Of a DNA stretch of 64,000 nucleotides, positions 47,794-58,490 are shown one piece after another. Origin of the DNA: an uncultured Verrucomicrobiae bacterium (lineage in GTDB: Bacteria; Verrucomicrobiota; Verrucomicrobiia; Chthoniobacterales; JAFAMB01); contig CAWIPH010000002.1 in NCBI GenBank assembly GCA_963837955.1, positions 4,832,001 through 4,896,000 of the forward strand. Direction: 5' to 3'. Below the pieces are notes generated by a model, which worked only from the letters and a program-made list of their open reading frames with translations, did not search any database and was not told the origin of the DNA. Position 1 is the first letter of the stretch. Each line of letters starts with the position of its first letter. The position numbers and the translations under genes were made by a program.

Positions 47794-48669
47794 ATGTCTG
47801 CACGTGCGACGCCAATTGTCTGGTATATTGTTTTGGCTCCTTTCGCCACGCTAGTGTTCATGGGACTTGGCTCGCTCCAAGGGCTTTGGATCTTATTCCT
47901 CGCCCACTTGATACTTCTGATAACGACCCTCATTCCTTCGCTGCAGGGCTTCGGACCGGTTATGACCTATTTCGACCACGACGGGGCCGAGGTCTGGTTG
48001 ACCATTGACGACGGTCCAAACCCAGAAACAACGCCGGCGATTTTAGATCTGCTAGATCGATTTGACGCAAAAGCGACTTTTTTTCTGATTGGCCGGCGAG
48101 CATCGCACGCTCCTGCTCTCGTCCAGGCGATTCTGGATCGAGGACATTCCATTGGAAATCATACCCAAACCCATCCGCAATTTCGGTTCTGGAGACTTGG
48201 ACCGCAGAGGCTTCGCAGAGAAGTCGATACCTTCGAGGAAACGATGGCCGCCTTGGGCATCCCGATTCCATCGCTTTTCCGAGCGCCAACGGGAATGAAA
48301 AATCCTTTTCTCCACCCTATCCTTTCGCTCCGTGGGCTGCGGCTGGTGGGCTGGAGCGCTCGGGCGTACGATACGCGCGTTAAACAGGCAGCAACCGCTG
48401 CGCAGCGGTTGTTACGTATGGTAGAGCCCGGAGCGATTCTGCTTATGCATGAAAGTTCCCCGGTTTCCGTGCAAGTACTTGAAATTCTGCTTCACAACTT
48501 AAATCACCAGCAAATCCGTTGCGTCATTCCGCGCCCAGAACAACTCCGAACCAAGCGCGTTAATCCGAAAGCGAAATACCTTGATTGCGAATCCACCTGC
48601 GCAACATTTTGGAGATGGGGGAGTATTACTCAGAGTTGGCGTCGGCTCTACAGGAGAGACTTGAAGTGA
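47794..48669 (+). CDS. Membrane polysaccharide deacetylase (CE4/NodB)
   Basis: TIDDGP, NHTQTH, FRAPTG, ILLMHE. Confidence 0.9.
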   Translation: MSARATPIVWYIVLAPFATLVFMGLGSLQGLWILFLAHLILLITTLIPSLQGFGPVMTYFDHDGAEVWLTIDDGPNPETTPAILDLLDRFDAKATFFLIGRRASHAPALVQAILDRGHSIGNHTQTHPQFRFWRLGPQRLRREVDTFEETMAALGIPIPSLFRAPTGMKNPFLHPILSLRGLRLVGWSARAYDTRVKQAATAAQRLLRMVEPGAILLMHESSPVSVQVLEILLHNLNHQQIRCVIPRPEQLRTKRVNPKAKYLDCESTCATFWRWGSITQSWRRLYRRDLK

Positions 48670-48866
48670 TCTCCGATCAGGATTTGCGGACCAGAAATCC
48701 CGAAGTGCAATTGGAGAGATTACGTTTACTGTCGGAACAGATCGATCAACTGAAGAAGAGGCTGCCAGCAGATGCGGATCCTATGTTGAAGCATTTTTTG
48801 GATCGCATGAGCCTCACCAAAGCCTTGGAATTAATTCGGAGTCGATATCTGGAGGCGAACAATTAG
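48615..48866 (+). CDS. Small helical hypothetical protein
   Basis: 'L.HFLDRMS..KALE'; ATG 48615 overlaps the tail of the upstream gene. Confidence 0.7.
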   Translation: MGEYYSELASALQERLEVISDQDLRTRNPEVQLERLRLLSEQIDQLKKRLPADADPMLKHFLDRMSLTKALELIRSRYLEANN

Positions 48867-48881
48867 GTTGTCCGGGTTACG

Positions 48882-49757
48882 ATGCGGATAGCCATTTTGG
48901 CAGATATACACGCCAATCTACTCGCGCTGGAAGCAGTCATCGCTGACCTGGAAATTGCGCAGCCGGATCAGGTCATCGTTGCGGGTGACTTTCAGAACCG
49001 AGGTCCTGCTCCCAAAGAGGTTTACGACCGGCTTCGCAAATTAGATTGGCAGCTCCTGCGCGGCAATCACGAGGATTACGTGATTGAGCAGAGCGGATCT
49101 GCGTCCGATCAGGCTCACGCAGTCGATCTTTATGCGTGGCAACCAGCTCGCTGGACCGCCGAGAGAGTTCCAGAAACAATACCCTTCTTACGAACTCTTC
49201 CGATAGCTATCCAACTGAACAGCCCAGACGGCTCATTCGTCTGTATTGCTCATGGTTCTCCCCGCTCGAACGCCGAAGGATTTTTTCCCTCTACTGGGGA
49301 CGCGAAAGCGCTCGCGATGCTCGGTGAGCCGTTACCAAGAGTGCTTTGTTGCGGACATACGCATATGCCGCTGCAGAGGCAGATCGGACCGACGCGTGTC
49401 TTTAATGTCGGGTCAGTTGGTTTCCCTTTTGATGGAGATGCGCGAGCAGCCTATGGCATTCTCAACTGGAGTGAGGGCGCATGGTCGACCGAGCTGCGCC
49501 GCGTTCCGTATGCTGTAGAAGCGGTGGTGGAGAGCGTCGCGTCCCCGGAATTCCACCGGGGACTAGGTCCGATGGCAAGGATCATTCAGCGAGAACTGGA
49601 GACAGCTCGCCCTCATCTAACACTCTTTACACTCACTTTCTTACCCCGCGTGCGGTCCGGAGAACTCGCCGTTTACGATGCAGTTAACGAGTATCTTGCG
49701 CACAGCCAGGCAGAGATTGAGAATCTATACTTAGAGTTGCGTAGACGGTTAAAATAG
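48882..49757 (+). CDS. Calcineurin-like metallophosphoesterase
   Basis: DIHAN, GD, RGNHE, HGSP, GHTH, NVGSVG. Confidence 0.93.
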   Translation: MRIAILADIHANLLALEAVIADLEIAQPDQVIVAGDFQNRGPAPKEVYDRLRKLDWQLLRGNHEDYVIEQSGSASDQAHAVDLYAWQPARWTAERVPETIPFLRTLPIAIQLNSPDGSFVCIAHGSPRSNAEGFFPSTGDAKALAMLGEPLPRVLCCGHTHMPLQRQIGPTRVFNVGSVGFPFDGDARAAYGILNWSEGAWSTELRRVPYAVEAVVESVASPEFHRGLGPMARIIQRELETARPHLTLFTLTFLPRVRSGELAVYDAVNEYLAHSQAEIENLYLELRRRLK

Positions 49758-49939
49758 TAAGGGCCAGTCTTCGGTAGCCTGATCGTCCACGCTCAGGACC
49801 TAGCGTGAGCGATTTTTTATCGCGCACCTTTAGATATTGGGTCGACAGCGAGATCGCATCACGATGGGTTACGGAGGCTGGAGCATCCGCCTACTTTCAT
49901 GCGACCGCACCAGACGCGCGACCAGGTCAAACGGCAGTA

Positions 49940-50551
49940 TCAACGAGAATACAACTCGACCACCAATTGCTCATTCACAATCGGCGCAATTTCTTCGCGA
50001 GTCGGTATTCGCACCACTTTGCCTTGGAACTGGTCCCTATCGACTACCAGCCAATCAGGAATCGGCTGAATCTGCGTTAGTTCGAGATTCCGGGTGGCCA
50101 ACCGTCGGGATGCAGGCCGATCTTTAACGACTACAACATCGCCTGCGCGCAGGTTGAACGACGAGACGTTGACCTTGCGATTATTAACAGTCACGTGCCC
50201 ATGCGATACCATTTGTCGGGCAGCATTTCGAGAGTTCGCCAAGCCAAGCCGATAGACGACATTGTCGAGTCGAGTCTCCAACATTTGCAGCAAGGTTTCG
50301 CCGGTGACCCCGCGCTTGCGGAGTGCACTCTCGAAGTAACGACGAAATTGCCGCTCCATCAAACCGTATTGGAATCGCAGCTTCTGCTTCTCTGCCAAGG
50401 CCGCCGAATAGTCGGAACGCTTGCGGCGGGAACCTTTGGGCCCGTGCATTCCGGGCGGGTAGTTTTTTCGTTCGAGAGCTTTGCTCGGACCAAATAGGGC
50501 AACACCGTAACGACGACTTATTCTCGATTTAGGACCTGTGTAACGAGCCAT
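49940..50551 (-). CDS. rpsD: 30S ribosomal protein S4
   Basis: MARYTGP, EKQK, LETRLDNVV, VELYSR. Confidence 0.98.
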   Translation of the reverse strand: MARYTGPKSRISRRYGVALFGPSKALERKNYPPGMHGPKGSRRKRSDYSAALAEKQKLRFQYGLMERQFRRYFESALRKRGVTGETLLQMLETRLDNVVYRLGLANSRNAARQMVSHGHVTVNNRKVNVSSFNLRAGDVVVVKDRPASRRLATRNLELTQIQPIPDWLVVDRDQFQGKVVRIPTREEIAPIVNEQLVVELYSR

Positions 50552-50566
50552 ATTAATTCCCCGGGT

Positions 50567-51127
50567 TCAGACGCGGCGTTGCTTGGGCGGGCGACAACCG
50601 TTATGAGGTACAGGCGTGACGTCACGGATCACGGAAATGTCGAGACCAATAGCTTGAATGGCCCGCACGGCCGATTCTCGTCCAGCGCCAGGTCCCTTGA
50701 CCAAAACCTCAACTTCTTTCAAACCGTGTCCCATCGCCTGGCGGCAGGCGTCTTGAGCAACTAACTGGGCCGCATAAGCGGTACTTTTGCGCGATCCGCG
50801 AAACCCGACCTTACCAGCGCTCGACCAGCCAATGACGTTGCCGGTGAGATCGCTAATCGAAACGATCGTGTTATTAAACGTGGCCAAAATATGGGCAATT
50901 CCGATATTAACATTTTTGCTTCCTTTGGCCTTGATGATCTTAGGCTTCTCCGTTTCCGATCCGGCCAGAGAAAGGGTCGGCTTAGCTGTCGCTGCTCCAG
51001 TCGCAGGGCTCGGAGCCTCTTTCTTGGTTGGTTTGGCCTTGACCGCTTTCGGAGCTTTCGGCTCAGCAGCGGCAGCTGCTGAGGGCTCATCCGTCCCGGA
51101 TGCCGATGTTGGTTTTTCGTCCGCCAT
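50567..51127 (-). CDS. rpsK: 30S ribosomal protein S11 (N-terminally extended)
   Basis: [30 protein letters not shown]. Confidence 0.98.
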   Translation of the reverse strand: MADEKPTSASGTDEPSAAAAAEPKAPKAVKAKPTKKEAPSPATGAATAKPTLSLAGSETEKPKIIKAKGSKNVNIGIAHILATFNNTIVSISDLTGNVIGWSSAGKVGFRGSRKSTAYAAQLVAQDACRQAMGHGLKEVEVLVKGPGAGRESAVRAIQAIGLDISVIRDVTPVPHNGCRPPKQRRV

Positions 51128-51141
51128 GTCTAGATGCTTTC

Positions 51142-51537
51142 TTAAACTTTCCCGGCTTTAGCGTCCTTATTTCGCTGGACGCCAACCGTCTTGCGCGGGC
51201 CCTTTCGGGTGCGCGCGTTCGTCGAAGTTCGCTGGCCGCGGACCGGGAGTCCACGAATATGCCTGATTCCTCGATAACAACGGATCGCCTGCAGGCGCTT
51301 GAGATTTCCCTGGATTTCCCGTCGGAGATCACCTTCGATCAACAAGCCACTGGCATTGATCGCATGCACAATTTCTCCGAGTTGCTCCGGTGTCAGGCTT
51401 TTCGCGCGGACATTCGGATCAACATTAGCTTGTTCTAAAATCTTTTTCGCTGTCTTGGGACCAATGCCGTAAATGTAAGGCAAGGATGCTTCGATCCGCT
51501 TCTCTCCAGGAATTTCAACTCCGAGTAACCGTGGCAT
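51142..51537 (-). CDS. rpsM: 30S ribosomal protein S13
   Basis: [17 protein letters not shown]. Confidence 0.98.
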   Translation of the reverse strand: MPRLLGVEIPGEKRIEASLPYIYGIGPKTAKKILEQANVDPNVRAKSLTPEQLGEIVHAINASGLLIEGDLRREIQGNLKRLQAIRCYRGIRHIRGLPVRGQRTSTNARTRKGPRKTVGVQRNKDAKAGKV

Positions 51538-51572
51538 AAATTCTTATTCGCTCCGTTTGATAGCTCCGCAGA

Positions 51573-51686
51573 TCAACCCTGTCGTTGTTTATGACGCGGA
51601 TTTTTGCAAACTACGCGCACAACGTTTTTACGTTTGATCACTCTGCAGCTCTCACAAAGCCTCTTTACTGATGGTCTCACTTTCAT
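51573..51686 (-). CDS. rpmJ: 50S ribosomal protein L36
   Basis: [14 protein letters not shown]...[11 protein letters not shown]. Confidence 0.97.
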   Translation of the reverse strand: MKVRPSVKRLCESCRVIKRKNVVRVVCKNPRHKQRQG

Positions 51687-51730
51687 CGCTTCAGATTTGG
51701 CTCGGCAGGAGCCTCGCCCTACCGGGGGAC

Positions 51731-51771
51731 AAAAAAACGCAACCCGAAGAGCAGCTCTCCCGGAGCGTTTT
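51731..51771 (-). terminator. Intrinsic terminator-like hairpin between infA and rpmJ
   Basis: Minus strand cgctccgggagagc-t-gctcttcgggttgcg followed by T7. Confidence 0.55.
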
Positions 51772-51784
51772 CTATCCAACAACC

Positions 51785-52003
51785 TTACCTTTGCCGGAAG
51801 GTTATTCGGCCTTTCGTTAGGTCGTAAGGTGACATCTCTACCATAACTTTGTCTCCTGGCAAGATCCTAATGAAGTGTAACCGCATTTTTCCGGAGATAT
51901 GAGCCAATAGTTTATGGCCATTCGGCAACTGCACACGAAACATCGTGTTAGGCAGCAGTTCCACTATCTTGCCTTCAACTTCGATGACGTCTTTTCGCGC
52001 CAT
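51785..52003 (-). CDS. infA: Translation initiation factor IF-1
   Basis: [26 protein letters not shown]. Confidence 0.98.
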   Translation of the reverse strand: MARKDVIEVEGKIVELLPNTMFRVQLPNGHKLLAHISGKMRLHFIRILPGDKVMVEMSPYDLTKGRITFRQR

Positions 52004-52740
52004 GTCAGAATTTCAGGTTCCCCTTTCGTCACTAATATCGTGTGTTCGAAATGTGCAGACGGAGAGTGATCGGCAGTGACCACGGTCCAATCATCTTGTA
52101 GCAACCTCACCGCCGCGTTGCCGAGATTCACCATCGGTTCGATGGCCAAAGTCATTCCGGCGCGCAATTTCGCATTTACCCCAGGAGTTCGGTAATTGGG
52201 AATTTGCGGCTCTTCATGGAGCCGCCGGCCAACGCCGTGGCCCACAAATTCACGCACTACGTTGAACCCATGCTTCTCCACTTCATCTTGGATCGCCGCG
52301 CATACTTCACTTAATCGGCGACCGTCTCGTGCTTTCTCGATGCCGAGGTAAAGTGCGTTTTCTGCTACCTCCAATAGTCGCTGGACATCTTCGTGGACAA
52401 TTCCAACCGGAACCGTCGCGGCGGTGTCGCCGACAAAGCCATCTAAGATGACGCCGATATCCAGCTTCGCGATATCCCCGTACTGAATGCGGCGAGAACC
52501 GCCGATTCCGTGTACCACTTCGTCGTTCAGCGAAATACAGATCTGGCCAGGGAACTTCTTGTACCCGAGAAACGCACTGCGGCAGCCGGCGTCTGCCATC
52601 AGTTTGCCGGCAGCCTGATCAATTTCCCTCGTTGTAACTCCAGGTCGAAGCAGTGACGAGATCTCATCCAGGATCCTGCTCGCCAATCGGCAAGCAGCCC
52701 GCATCTTTTCGATCTCTGAAGCCGTCTTTATCGGAATCAT
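51964..52740 (-). CDS. map: Methionine aminopeptidase type I
   Basis: VVHGI, GHGVG..LHEEP, AIEPM, SAHFEHT. Confidence 0.97.
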   Translation of the reverse strand: MIPIKTASEIEKMRAACRLASRILDEISSLLRPGVTTREIDQAAGKLMADAGCRSAFLGYKKFPGQICISLNDEVVHGIGGSRRIQYGDIAKLDIGVILDGFVGDTAATVPVGIVHEDVQRLLEVAENALYLGIEKARDGRRLSEVCAAIQDEVEKHGFNVVREFVGHGVGRRLHEEPQIPNYRTPGVNAKLRAGMTLAIEPMVNLGNAAVRLLQDDWTVVTADHSPSAHFEHTILVTKGEPEILTWREKTSSKLKAR

Positions 52741-53381
52741 GCCCGTATCACTCGGCTGATTTGGTCAAACACTTTGTCGACTTCCTGATCCGCGTCGACT
52801 GTTGCTAACAAATCTCGTTCCGAATAAAAATCGATCAATGGTAAGCTTTTTTTCCGAAATTCTTCGAGGCGCAGGGTCAGGGCGGCCTGATTATCGTCGG
52901 AACGAATCTCAAGCTTTCCTCCACAGTTGGGACAAGGGTCAGAGGCACTTTGCACGTGATGACCAAGGCTGACGACTTTTCCGCACTGCGAGCAGGTTAA
53001 CCGGCGCGCCATCCGGAAGGCGATCGTCGGCTCCGAAACGTCCAGGAAAATAGCCAACTCGAGCGGAGCTTGGCGGGCTTCTAGCATTTTCTCAAACGCC
53101 ACCGCTTGAGGAACCGTCCGCGGAAAGCCGTCAAAGAGAAATGCGTCTTTATGATGATCGAGCCATTGGCCAACCAGGCTAAGGACTAATTCGTCCGGCG
53201 CTAGCGCGCCCTTGCTGATAATGCGGTCCGCTTCACGACCGATGGCGGAATTCAATTTCGCCTCTCGTCGAAGGATTGCTCCGGTCGAGGTCGCCGGAAT
53301 TTGGAATATTTTCTGAATTAATTCAGATTGCGTTCCTTTTCCGGACGCGGGCGGACCGAGCAGCACAATTCTCCTTTTCAC
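52737..53381 (-). CDS. adk: Adenylate kinase (Zn LID)
   Basis: GPPASGKGTQ, DGFPRT, CSQC/CPNC, RSDD. Confidence 0.97.
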   Translation of the reverse strand: MKRRIVLLGPPASGKGTQSELIQKIFQIPATSTGAILRREAKLNSAIGREADRIISKGALAPDELVLSLVGQWLDHHKDAFLFDGFPRTVPQAVAFEKMLEARQAPLELAIFLDVSEPTIAFRMARRLTCSQCGKVVSLGHHVQSASDPCPNCGGKLEIRSDDNQAALTLRLEEFRKKSLPLIDFYSERDLLATVDADQEVDKVFDQISRVIRA

Positions 53382-53390
53382 CCCGAAACA

Positions 53391-54896
53391 CTAATGCTGA
53401 GTCACGAATATCGAAATCGCGACTCCCGCTACCGCCAGGGCAGCGGCCCCTACGCACATCCAGAGCAAAGCTCCTTCGCGTACCGCGTTGCCTTGGGAAC
53501 CGCCAACCCTATCAAAGCGTCCCCGAATCTTGCCCTTACGCAGAAACCCGTCGTAGTGTCGTTGGATGAGATAAGTTTCCACTTGTCTCATGGTATCCAG
53601 GATCACTCCCACGATAATCAGCAGGCTCGTGCCGCCAAAGAACCGGGCGGTCAGACGAGGGACACCAAACCAAGTCATCAATAGTTCCGGGATCACTGCA
53701 ATCAAAGTCAGAAAGAGTGCTCCGGCAAAGGTGATCCGGGTCAGGGTGTATTCGAGAAAGTCTGCGGTCGGTTTGCCCGGCCGAATACCTGGGATGTAAC
53801 CGTTATTTTTCTTGAGATCGTCGGCGATCTGGGTCGGCTGAAATTGGATTGCTACCCAGAAGAAACTAAAGAAGAAAATCAAGAGGGCAGTGACCAGGTA
53901 ATGCACCGGTCCCTGCGCGAGCGAAACGGCCAGCGTGTTTGCCCATTCCGAGTTCCGGAAAGCCATGCTGAGAATCGTCGAGGGAAACAAGAGAATCGCT
54001 TGCGCAAAAATGATCGGCATGACGCCGACGGCATTGACTTTCAGCGGAAGATACTGGGTTTGGCCGCCGTAAACTTTCCGCCCGACGACTCGTTTCGCAT
54101 ATTGAATGCTAATCCGACGCTGTCCCTGCGTGATTGCGATAACACCGGCAATCACGATGAACAGAAAGAGCACCATCATAACCAAAACGATTGGGCTTAC
54201 CTGACTAGGGGCACCCGAGGGTGGAACGAAAGTGTTCCAAACCTGAACAATTGCCCCAGGAACACTGGCCAAGATCCCGATCGTGATGATCATGGAAGTT
54301 CCGTTCCCAATTCCGCGCTCGGTAATTTGGTCACCGACCCACATCAGGAACATCGTCCCCGCGCTTAAAGCAATTGTTGCGATGACTTGAAACCCGAGAC
54401 CGCCGTCCGGTACCAGTGGCCCGAACTTGGCTATCGAATTCCCGATTCCTTGGAGAAATGGATTCGATGTCGGATTCTCCATTGAAGCCGTCAGCAAGAA
54501 CCCCTGAAAAACGCAGAGGGCTAAAGTTACGTAGCGGGTGTACTGGCTAATTTTCTGCCGCCCACCAGTCTCTTCCCGGGCCATCTTGTTCAACCGCGGT
54601 ATTACCGCGGTTAACAGCTGCATCATGATCGATGCGCTGATGTAAGGCATGATGCCGAGCGAGAAAAGGGCACAGTGTTCCAGTGCGCCACCGGCAAAAA
54701 TATTGGCTAATGCCGCAATACCGCCAGCAGTAGGGTTCGCAGTTTGAGTGTGAAACCAATCGTTCAACACATGAGCGTTAACCCCAGGGATCGTGATCGC
54801 AGCGCCAGCTCTGACGATGATGATCATGACCAACGTGAAAATGATCCGTTGGCGCAGCTCGGGTATCTTAAAGATGTTGAAGAAAGCGGAGATCAT
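53391..54896 (-). CDS. secY: Preprotein translocase SecY
   Basis: LGIMPYISASI, GIGNG.S, GVMPIIFA, IPGIRPG, GGTSLLI. Confidence 0.98.
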   Translation of the reverse strand: MISAFFNIFKIPELRQRIIFTLVMIIIVRAGAAITIPGVNAHVLNDWFHTQTANPTAGGIAALANIFAGGALEHCALFSLGIMPYISASIMMQLLTAVIPRLNKMAREETGGRQKISQYTRYVTLALCVFQGFLLTASMENPTSNPFLQGIGNSIAKFGPLVPDGGLGFQVIATIALSAGTMFLMWVGDQITERGIGNGTSMIITIGILASVPGAIVQVWNTFVPPSGAPSQVSPIVLVMMVLFLFIVIAGVIAITQGQRRISIQYAKRVVGRKVYGGQTQYLPLKVNAVGVMPIIFAQAILLFPSTILSMAFRNSEWANTLAVSLAQGPVHYLVTALLIFFFSFFWVAIQFQPTQIADDLKKNNGYIPGIRPGKPTADFLEYTLTRITFAGALFLTLIAVIPELLMTWFGVPRLTARFFGGTSLLIIVGVILDTMRQVETYLIQRHYDGFLRKGKIRGRFDRVGGSQGNAVREGALLWMCVGAAALAVAGVAISIFVTQH

Positions 54897-54908
54897 TTGA
54901 ACGGCCGA

Positions 54909-55355
54909 TTAAGCACGTACTACAACCGAGCCCCCAGCTTGTTCAATTTTTTGACGCGCCGATTCACTAAACTTATCGGCTTCGACCGTCAGTTTTTTGG
55001 TAAGCTCACCGCGACCGAGTATCTTCAACCCGTCAATTTTGCCGCTGATCAACCCTTTTTCTCGCAACAGCTGTTCGTTAACGTCGGATCCGGCCGCAAA
55101 AACTTCCAGCTCATCCAGATTCACGATCGCGAACTGCACTTTGAAAGCGGCATTGTTAAAGCCGCGTTTTGGGAGACGTCGGATTAAAGGCATCTGACCA
55201 CCTTCAAAACCGAGACGAATACTGCCTCCGGACCGCGCTTTCTGGCCCTTATGGCCTTTGCCACTTGTTTTTCCGTGACCAGAACTTTCGCCGCATCCCA
55301 GGCGCTTGACCCGGTGCTTCGCCCCTGGTCGAGGCTTTAAATTGTGTAGTCGCAT
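54909..55355 (-). CDS. rplO: 50S ribosomal protein L15
   Basis: [26 protein letters not shown]. Confidence 0.98.
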   Translation of the reverse strand: MRLHNLKPRPGAKHRVKRLGCGESSGHGKTSGKGHKGQKARSGGSIRLGFEGGQMPLIRRLPKRGFNNAAFKVQFAIVNLDELEVFAAGSDVNEQLLREKGLISGKIDGLKILGRGELTKKLTVEADKFSESARQKIEQAGGSVVVRA

Positions 55356-55404
55356 AAAACGAATCCTAAGAAACTCATTGTTGATGACTTCGCCAAGCCA
55401 TCAA

Positions 55405-55929
55405 CTAGTTGGAACCATCCTTCCCGCGAAGTTTCCAGATATCCTGGCGTTGCCGTAACGCCAATAGTGCCTCCATGGTCGCTTTCACGACGTTAGCATG
55501 ATTGCTGGATCCCAAAGATTTGGCCAAAACGTCCCGAATACCGGCGGCTTCTACCACAGCGCGAACGCCGCCTCCCGCGATCAAACCAGTTCCAGGCGAT
55601 GCGGGTCGCAACAAGACGCGCCCACCGCCAAACTCGCCGATCACTTCATGCGGGATAGTATTCTCGTGAATCGCGACTGGAACCATTGCCTTGCGGGCCG
55701 CTTCCGAAGCCTTGCGGATCGCCTCCGAAACCTCGTTGGCTTTGCCAAAGCCATATCCGACCCGGCCTTTATGGTCACCGGCAACAATGAGAGCACTGAA
55801 GCTAAAACGGCGGCCACCTTTCACCACTTTCGCGCACCGATTGATGAAGACCACTTTCTCGGTCGTATCGCTCTTAGGCTGATTGCGATCCGAATTGTCG
55901 TTGCGGCGATTTCTCACTTCGTATGCCAT
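55405..55929 (-). CDS. rpsE: 30S ribosomal protein S5
   Basis: [14 protein letters not shown]. Confidence 0.98.
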   Translation of the reverse strand: MAYEVRNRRNDNSDRNQPKSDTTEKVVFINRCAKVVKGGRRFSFSALIVAGDHKGRVGYGFGKANEVSEAIRKASEAARKAMVPVAIHENTIPHEVIGEFGGGRVLLRPASPGTGLIAGGGVRAVVEAAGIRDVLAKSLGSSNHANVVKATMEALLALRQRQDIWKLRGKDGSN

Positions 55930-55932
55930 AAA

Positions 55933-56286
55933 TTAGAACTCTAACCCGGCCGATCGTGCCGCGTCGGCCAAGGCTTTCACCTTGCCGTGATAAGTAAATC
56001 CACCTCGATCAAAGACGACCGCTTTGACGTTTTTCTCTAAGCTTCTTTCTGCCACCAACGAGCCGATCTTCTCTGCCATCGAGACGTTCGCATATCCACG
56101 CCTCTCCCCGCGAACACCATCTTCGACGGTCGACGCAGCCGCTACAGTCTTACCGGCGGCATCATCGATGACCTGCGCGTAAATGTGCTGTCCCGAAAAG
56201 TGAATGCTTAGGCGAGGCCGTTCGCTCGTGCCTACCAGCCGTTTGCGAATGCGCTGGTGCCTCATTTTAATTCGGTTAATAGCCAT
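55933..56286 (-). CDS. rplR: 50S ribosomal protein L18
   Basis: RPRL, VFDRGG..YHGKV. Confidence 0.98.
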   Translation of the reverse strand: MAINRIKMRHQRIRKRLVGTSERPRLSIHFSGQHIYAQVIDDAAGKTVAAASTVEDGVRGERRGYANVSMAEKIGSLVAERSLEKNVKAVVFDRGGFTYHGKVKALADAARSAGLEF

Positions 56287-56304
56287 GATATCGCTTCTCC
56301 GTTC

Positions 56305-56844
56305 CTACTGAACCGTCTTTCCTTCTTTTCGCAGAATCTGTTCACCGACATAGCGAATACCCTTACCCTTGTAGGGCTCGGGGGGATAATAAGCCCGGAT
56401 GTCAGCGGCAACCTGCCCGACCTTCTGCTTATCGATCCCTTCAACTGAAAGTTTGGTATTCTCCTGCACGGTAATCTTTATTCCGTCCGGTATACTGAAT
56501 ACCACTGGATGGGAATAACCCAAGCTGAGGTTCAAATTCTTGCCCTGTACTTGCGCTCGGAATCCCACTCCCTGAATTTCCAATTCCTTCCGGTAACCTT
56601 GGCTGACCCCGGTCACCATGTTCTGCACCAAGCTCCTGGAAAGCCCGTGGAGCGCCCGAATGCTACGCGCTTCTTCTGAGCGCTCAAGCATGACCTCTTT
56701 CCCTTCGACCCGCAGTTTGATCTGCTTCGGTAAGGTCCATTCGAGCTTTCCCTTCGGGCCTTCGACAGTGACCGAGCCCGCATGAGAAATGTCCAATTTT
56801 ACCTTCTCTGGAAGCAATACGCTTTTCTTACCAATTCGCGACAT
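56305..56844 (-). CDS. rplF: 50S ribosomal protein L6
   Basis: MSRIGK, PEPYKGKGIRY. Confidence 0.98.
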   Translation of the reverse strand: MSRIGKKSVLLPEKVKLDISHAGSVTVEGPKGKLEWTLPKQIKLRVEGKEVMLERSEEARSIRALHGLSRSLVQNMVTGVSQGYRKELEIQGVGFRAQVQGKNLNLSLGYSHPVVFSIPDGIKITVQENTKLSVEGIDKQKVGQVAADIRAYYPPEPYKGKGIRYVGEQILRKEGKTVQ

Positions 56845-56855
56845 TGTATTCCTCC

Positions 56856-57254
56856 CTACCAAACTACCGCCAGCAATTCACCGCCGACATTTTCCCGCTT
56901 TGCCTCGCGTCCGGTCATTAATCCACGTGACGATGAGATGATCGCGACACCCATTCCGCCCAAAACGCGCGGCACCTCTTTCGAGCCGACGTATTTGCGT
57001 AGACCAGGCCGACTCACCCGCTTCACACCGGTTAACGCCGGGGTCCGATGGACAAACTTCATCGTCAATTTAAGAACGGGCGGTGTTGCCGTGGTATCAA
57101 CCTCAAAATCAGTAATGTAACCCTCTTGTTTGAGGATCCGCGCAATCTGCTCCTTCATCCGGGAGTAAGGAACCGTCACGTCCGCCCGATGCGAACGAGA
57201 GGCATTGCGAAGCCGCGTAAGAAAATCCGCGATTGGATCAGATAAAGTACTCAT
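56856..57254 (-). CDS. rpsH: 30S ribosomal protein S8
   Basis: DPIADFLTR.RN, SRPGLR.Y, GGELL. Confidence 0.98.
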   Translation of the reverse strand: MSTLSDPIADFLTRLRNASRSHRADVTVPYSRMKEQIARILKQEGYITDFEVDTTATPPVLKLTMKFVHRTPALTGVKRVSRPGLRKYVGSKEVPRVLGGMGVAIISSSRGLMTGREAKRENVGGELLAVVW

Positions 57255-57265
57255 TTGCGAATTTT

Positions 57266-57838
57266 CTAGTCTTTCTGTTGCGATGGTAATTTGCGGTCAC
57301 TAAAAGGAACTCCCAACTCGGTCAGAAGTGCCTTCGCTTCCTCGTTCGTTTTGGCGGTAGTGACAATCGTGATATCAAAACCGATGTTCCGCTTGATCTT
57401 ATCGAGCTCAACTTCCGGGAAGATTGACTGGTCAGAGACCCCGAGGGTGTAGTTTCCCCGCCCATCAAACGCGCGCGGCGAGATACCACGGAAATCCCGA
57501 ATGCGAGGAAGAGACATTTTGATCAACCTCTGTAAGAACTCATACATCTGGGCTCCCCGGAGTGTGACTTTCGCCCCAATCGGTTGGTCTTTGCGAAGCT
57601 TAAAATTTGAAATGCTCTTTTTAGAGCGTGTTTCCGCGGCCTTTTGCCCGGTAATCAAAGCGAGTTCGGCCTTTGCGTCCTCTAACCCTTGTTTCGCGTC
57701 ACTTGATTGCGTAGATATACAGGTGTTTACGACTACTTTTTCAACTCGAGGAACCTGATACAGATTCTTGTAGCCGAGTCGCTCACGCAAAGCCGGGACA
57801 ACTCGTTCTTTGTACTCTTTATACAATTCAGTTTCCAT
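57266..57838 (-). CDS. rplE: 50S ribosomal protein L5
   Basis: LPRIRDFRG, FDGRGNY. Confidence 0.98.
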   Translation of the reverse strand: METELYKEYKERVVPALRERLGYKNLYQVPRVEKVVVNTCISTQSSDAKQGLEDAKAELALITGQKAAETRSKKSISNFKLRKDQPIGAKVTLRGAQMYEFLQRLIKMSLPRIRDFRGISPRAFDGRGNYTLGVSDQSIFPEVELDKIKRNIGFDITIVTTAKTNEEAKALLTELGVPFSDRKLPSQQKD

Positions 57839-57841
57839 CGT

Positions 57842-58114
57842 TTACTCCCCTTTGGCCTTCTTTGATCGTTTAGCTGGCTTCTTTTCCACAATCTTAACAT
57901 TCGAGATATGGATTGGCCCTTCCCGATTTATCAAAGCGCCATTTGGATGGTCCTGAGATTTTCGGACGGTCTTCTTAATGATGCGGACGCCCTCGATCAA
58001 CACTTGTTCTTTCTTCGGTAAAACTTGCAGGATTTTGCCGGCAGCACCTCGATGGTTGCCGGAAATAACCTCGACGTCGTCTCCCTTTTTCACATGAAAT
58101 TTCAACCGACTCAT
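57842..58114 (-). CDS. rplX: 50S ribosomal protein L24
   Basis: [16 protein letters not shown]. Confidence 0.97.
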   Translation of the reverse strand: MSRLKFHVKKGDDVEVISGNHRGAAGKILQVLPKKEQVLIEGVRIIKKTVRKSQDHPNGALINREGPIHISNVKIVEKKPAKRSKKAKGE

Positions 58115-58479
58115 AGCACCTCCGGAGCAAGCGAAATGATTTTCATGAAGTTCTTTTCGCGCAATTCGCGAGCAACGGGTCCGAAAATGCGCGTACCCCG
58201 CGGATTCTGATCCTTGTCGATGATCACGATGGCGTTGTTATCAAAACGAAGATAGGAACCGTCGTCCCGCTTTACGGGTTGTTTGGTGCGCACAACTACG
58301 GCGCGAACCACATCGCCTTTCTTTACCGTACCGTTGGCTGCGGCCTCTTTGACGTTGCAGGTGATCACGTCACCTATAGACGCGTACAGACTTGCCCCCT
58401 TGCCGATTACCCCAATCATGGTGGCCATTCGGGCGCCGGTATTATCGGCAACATCGAGTCTTGATCGAATTTGAATCAT
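58111..58479 (-). CDS. rplN: 50S ribosomal protein L14
   Basis: MIQ...[26 protein letters not shown]. Confidence 0.98.
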   Translation of the reverse strand: MIQIRSRLDVADNTGARMATMIGVIGKGASLYASIGDVITCNVKEAAANGTVKKGDVVRAVVVRTKQPVKRDDGSYLRFDNNAIVIIDKDQNPRGTRIFGPVARELREKNFMKIISLAPEVL

Positions 58480-58490
58480 CTCGTCGCTCC

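Noticed and set aside
48560..48669. Deacetylase tail overlapping the next gene (also map/infA 40-nt and comEC/trmB 28-nt overlaps)
   Set aside because: Most simply drifted stop codons; no sign of function.
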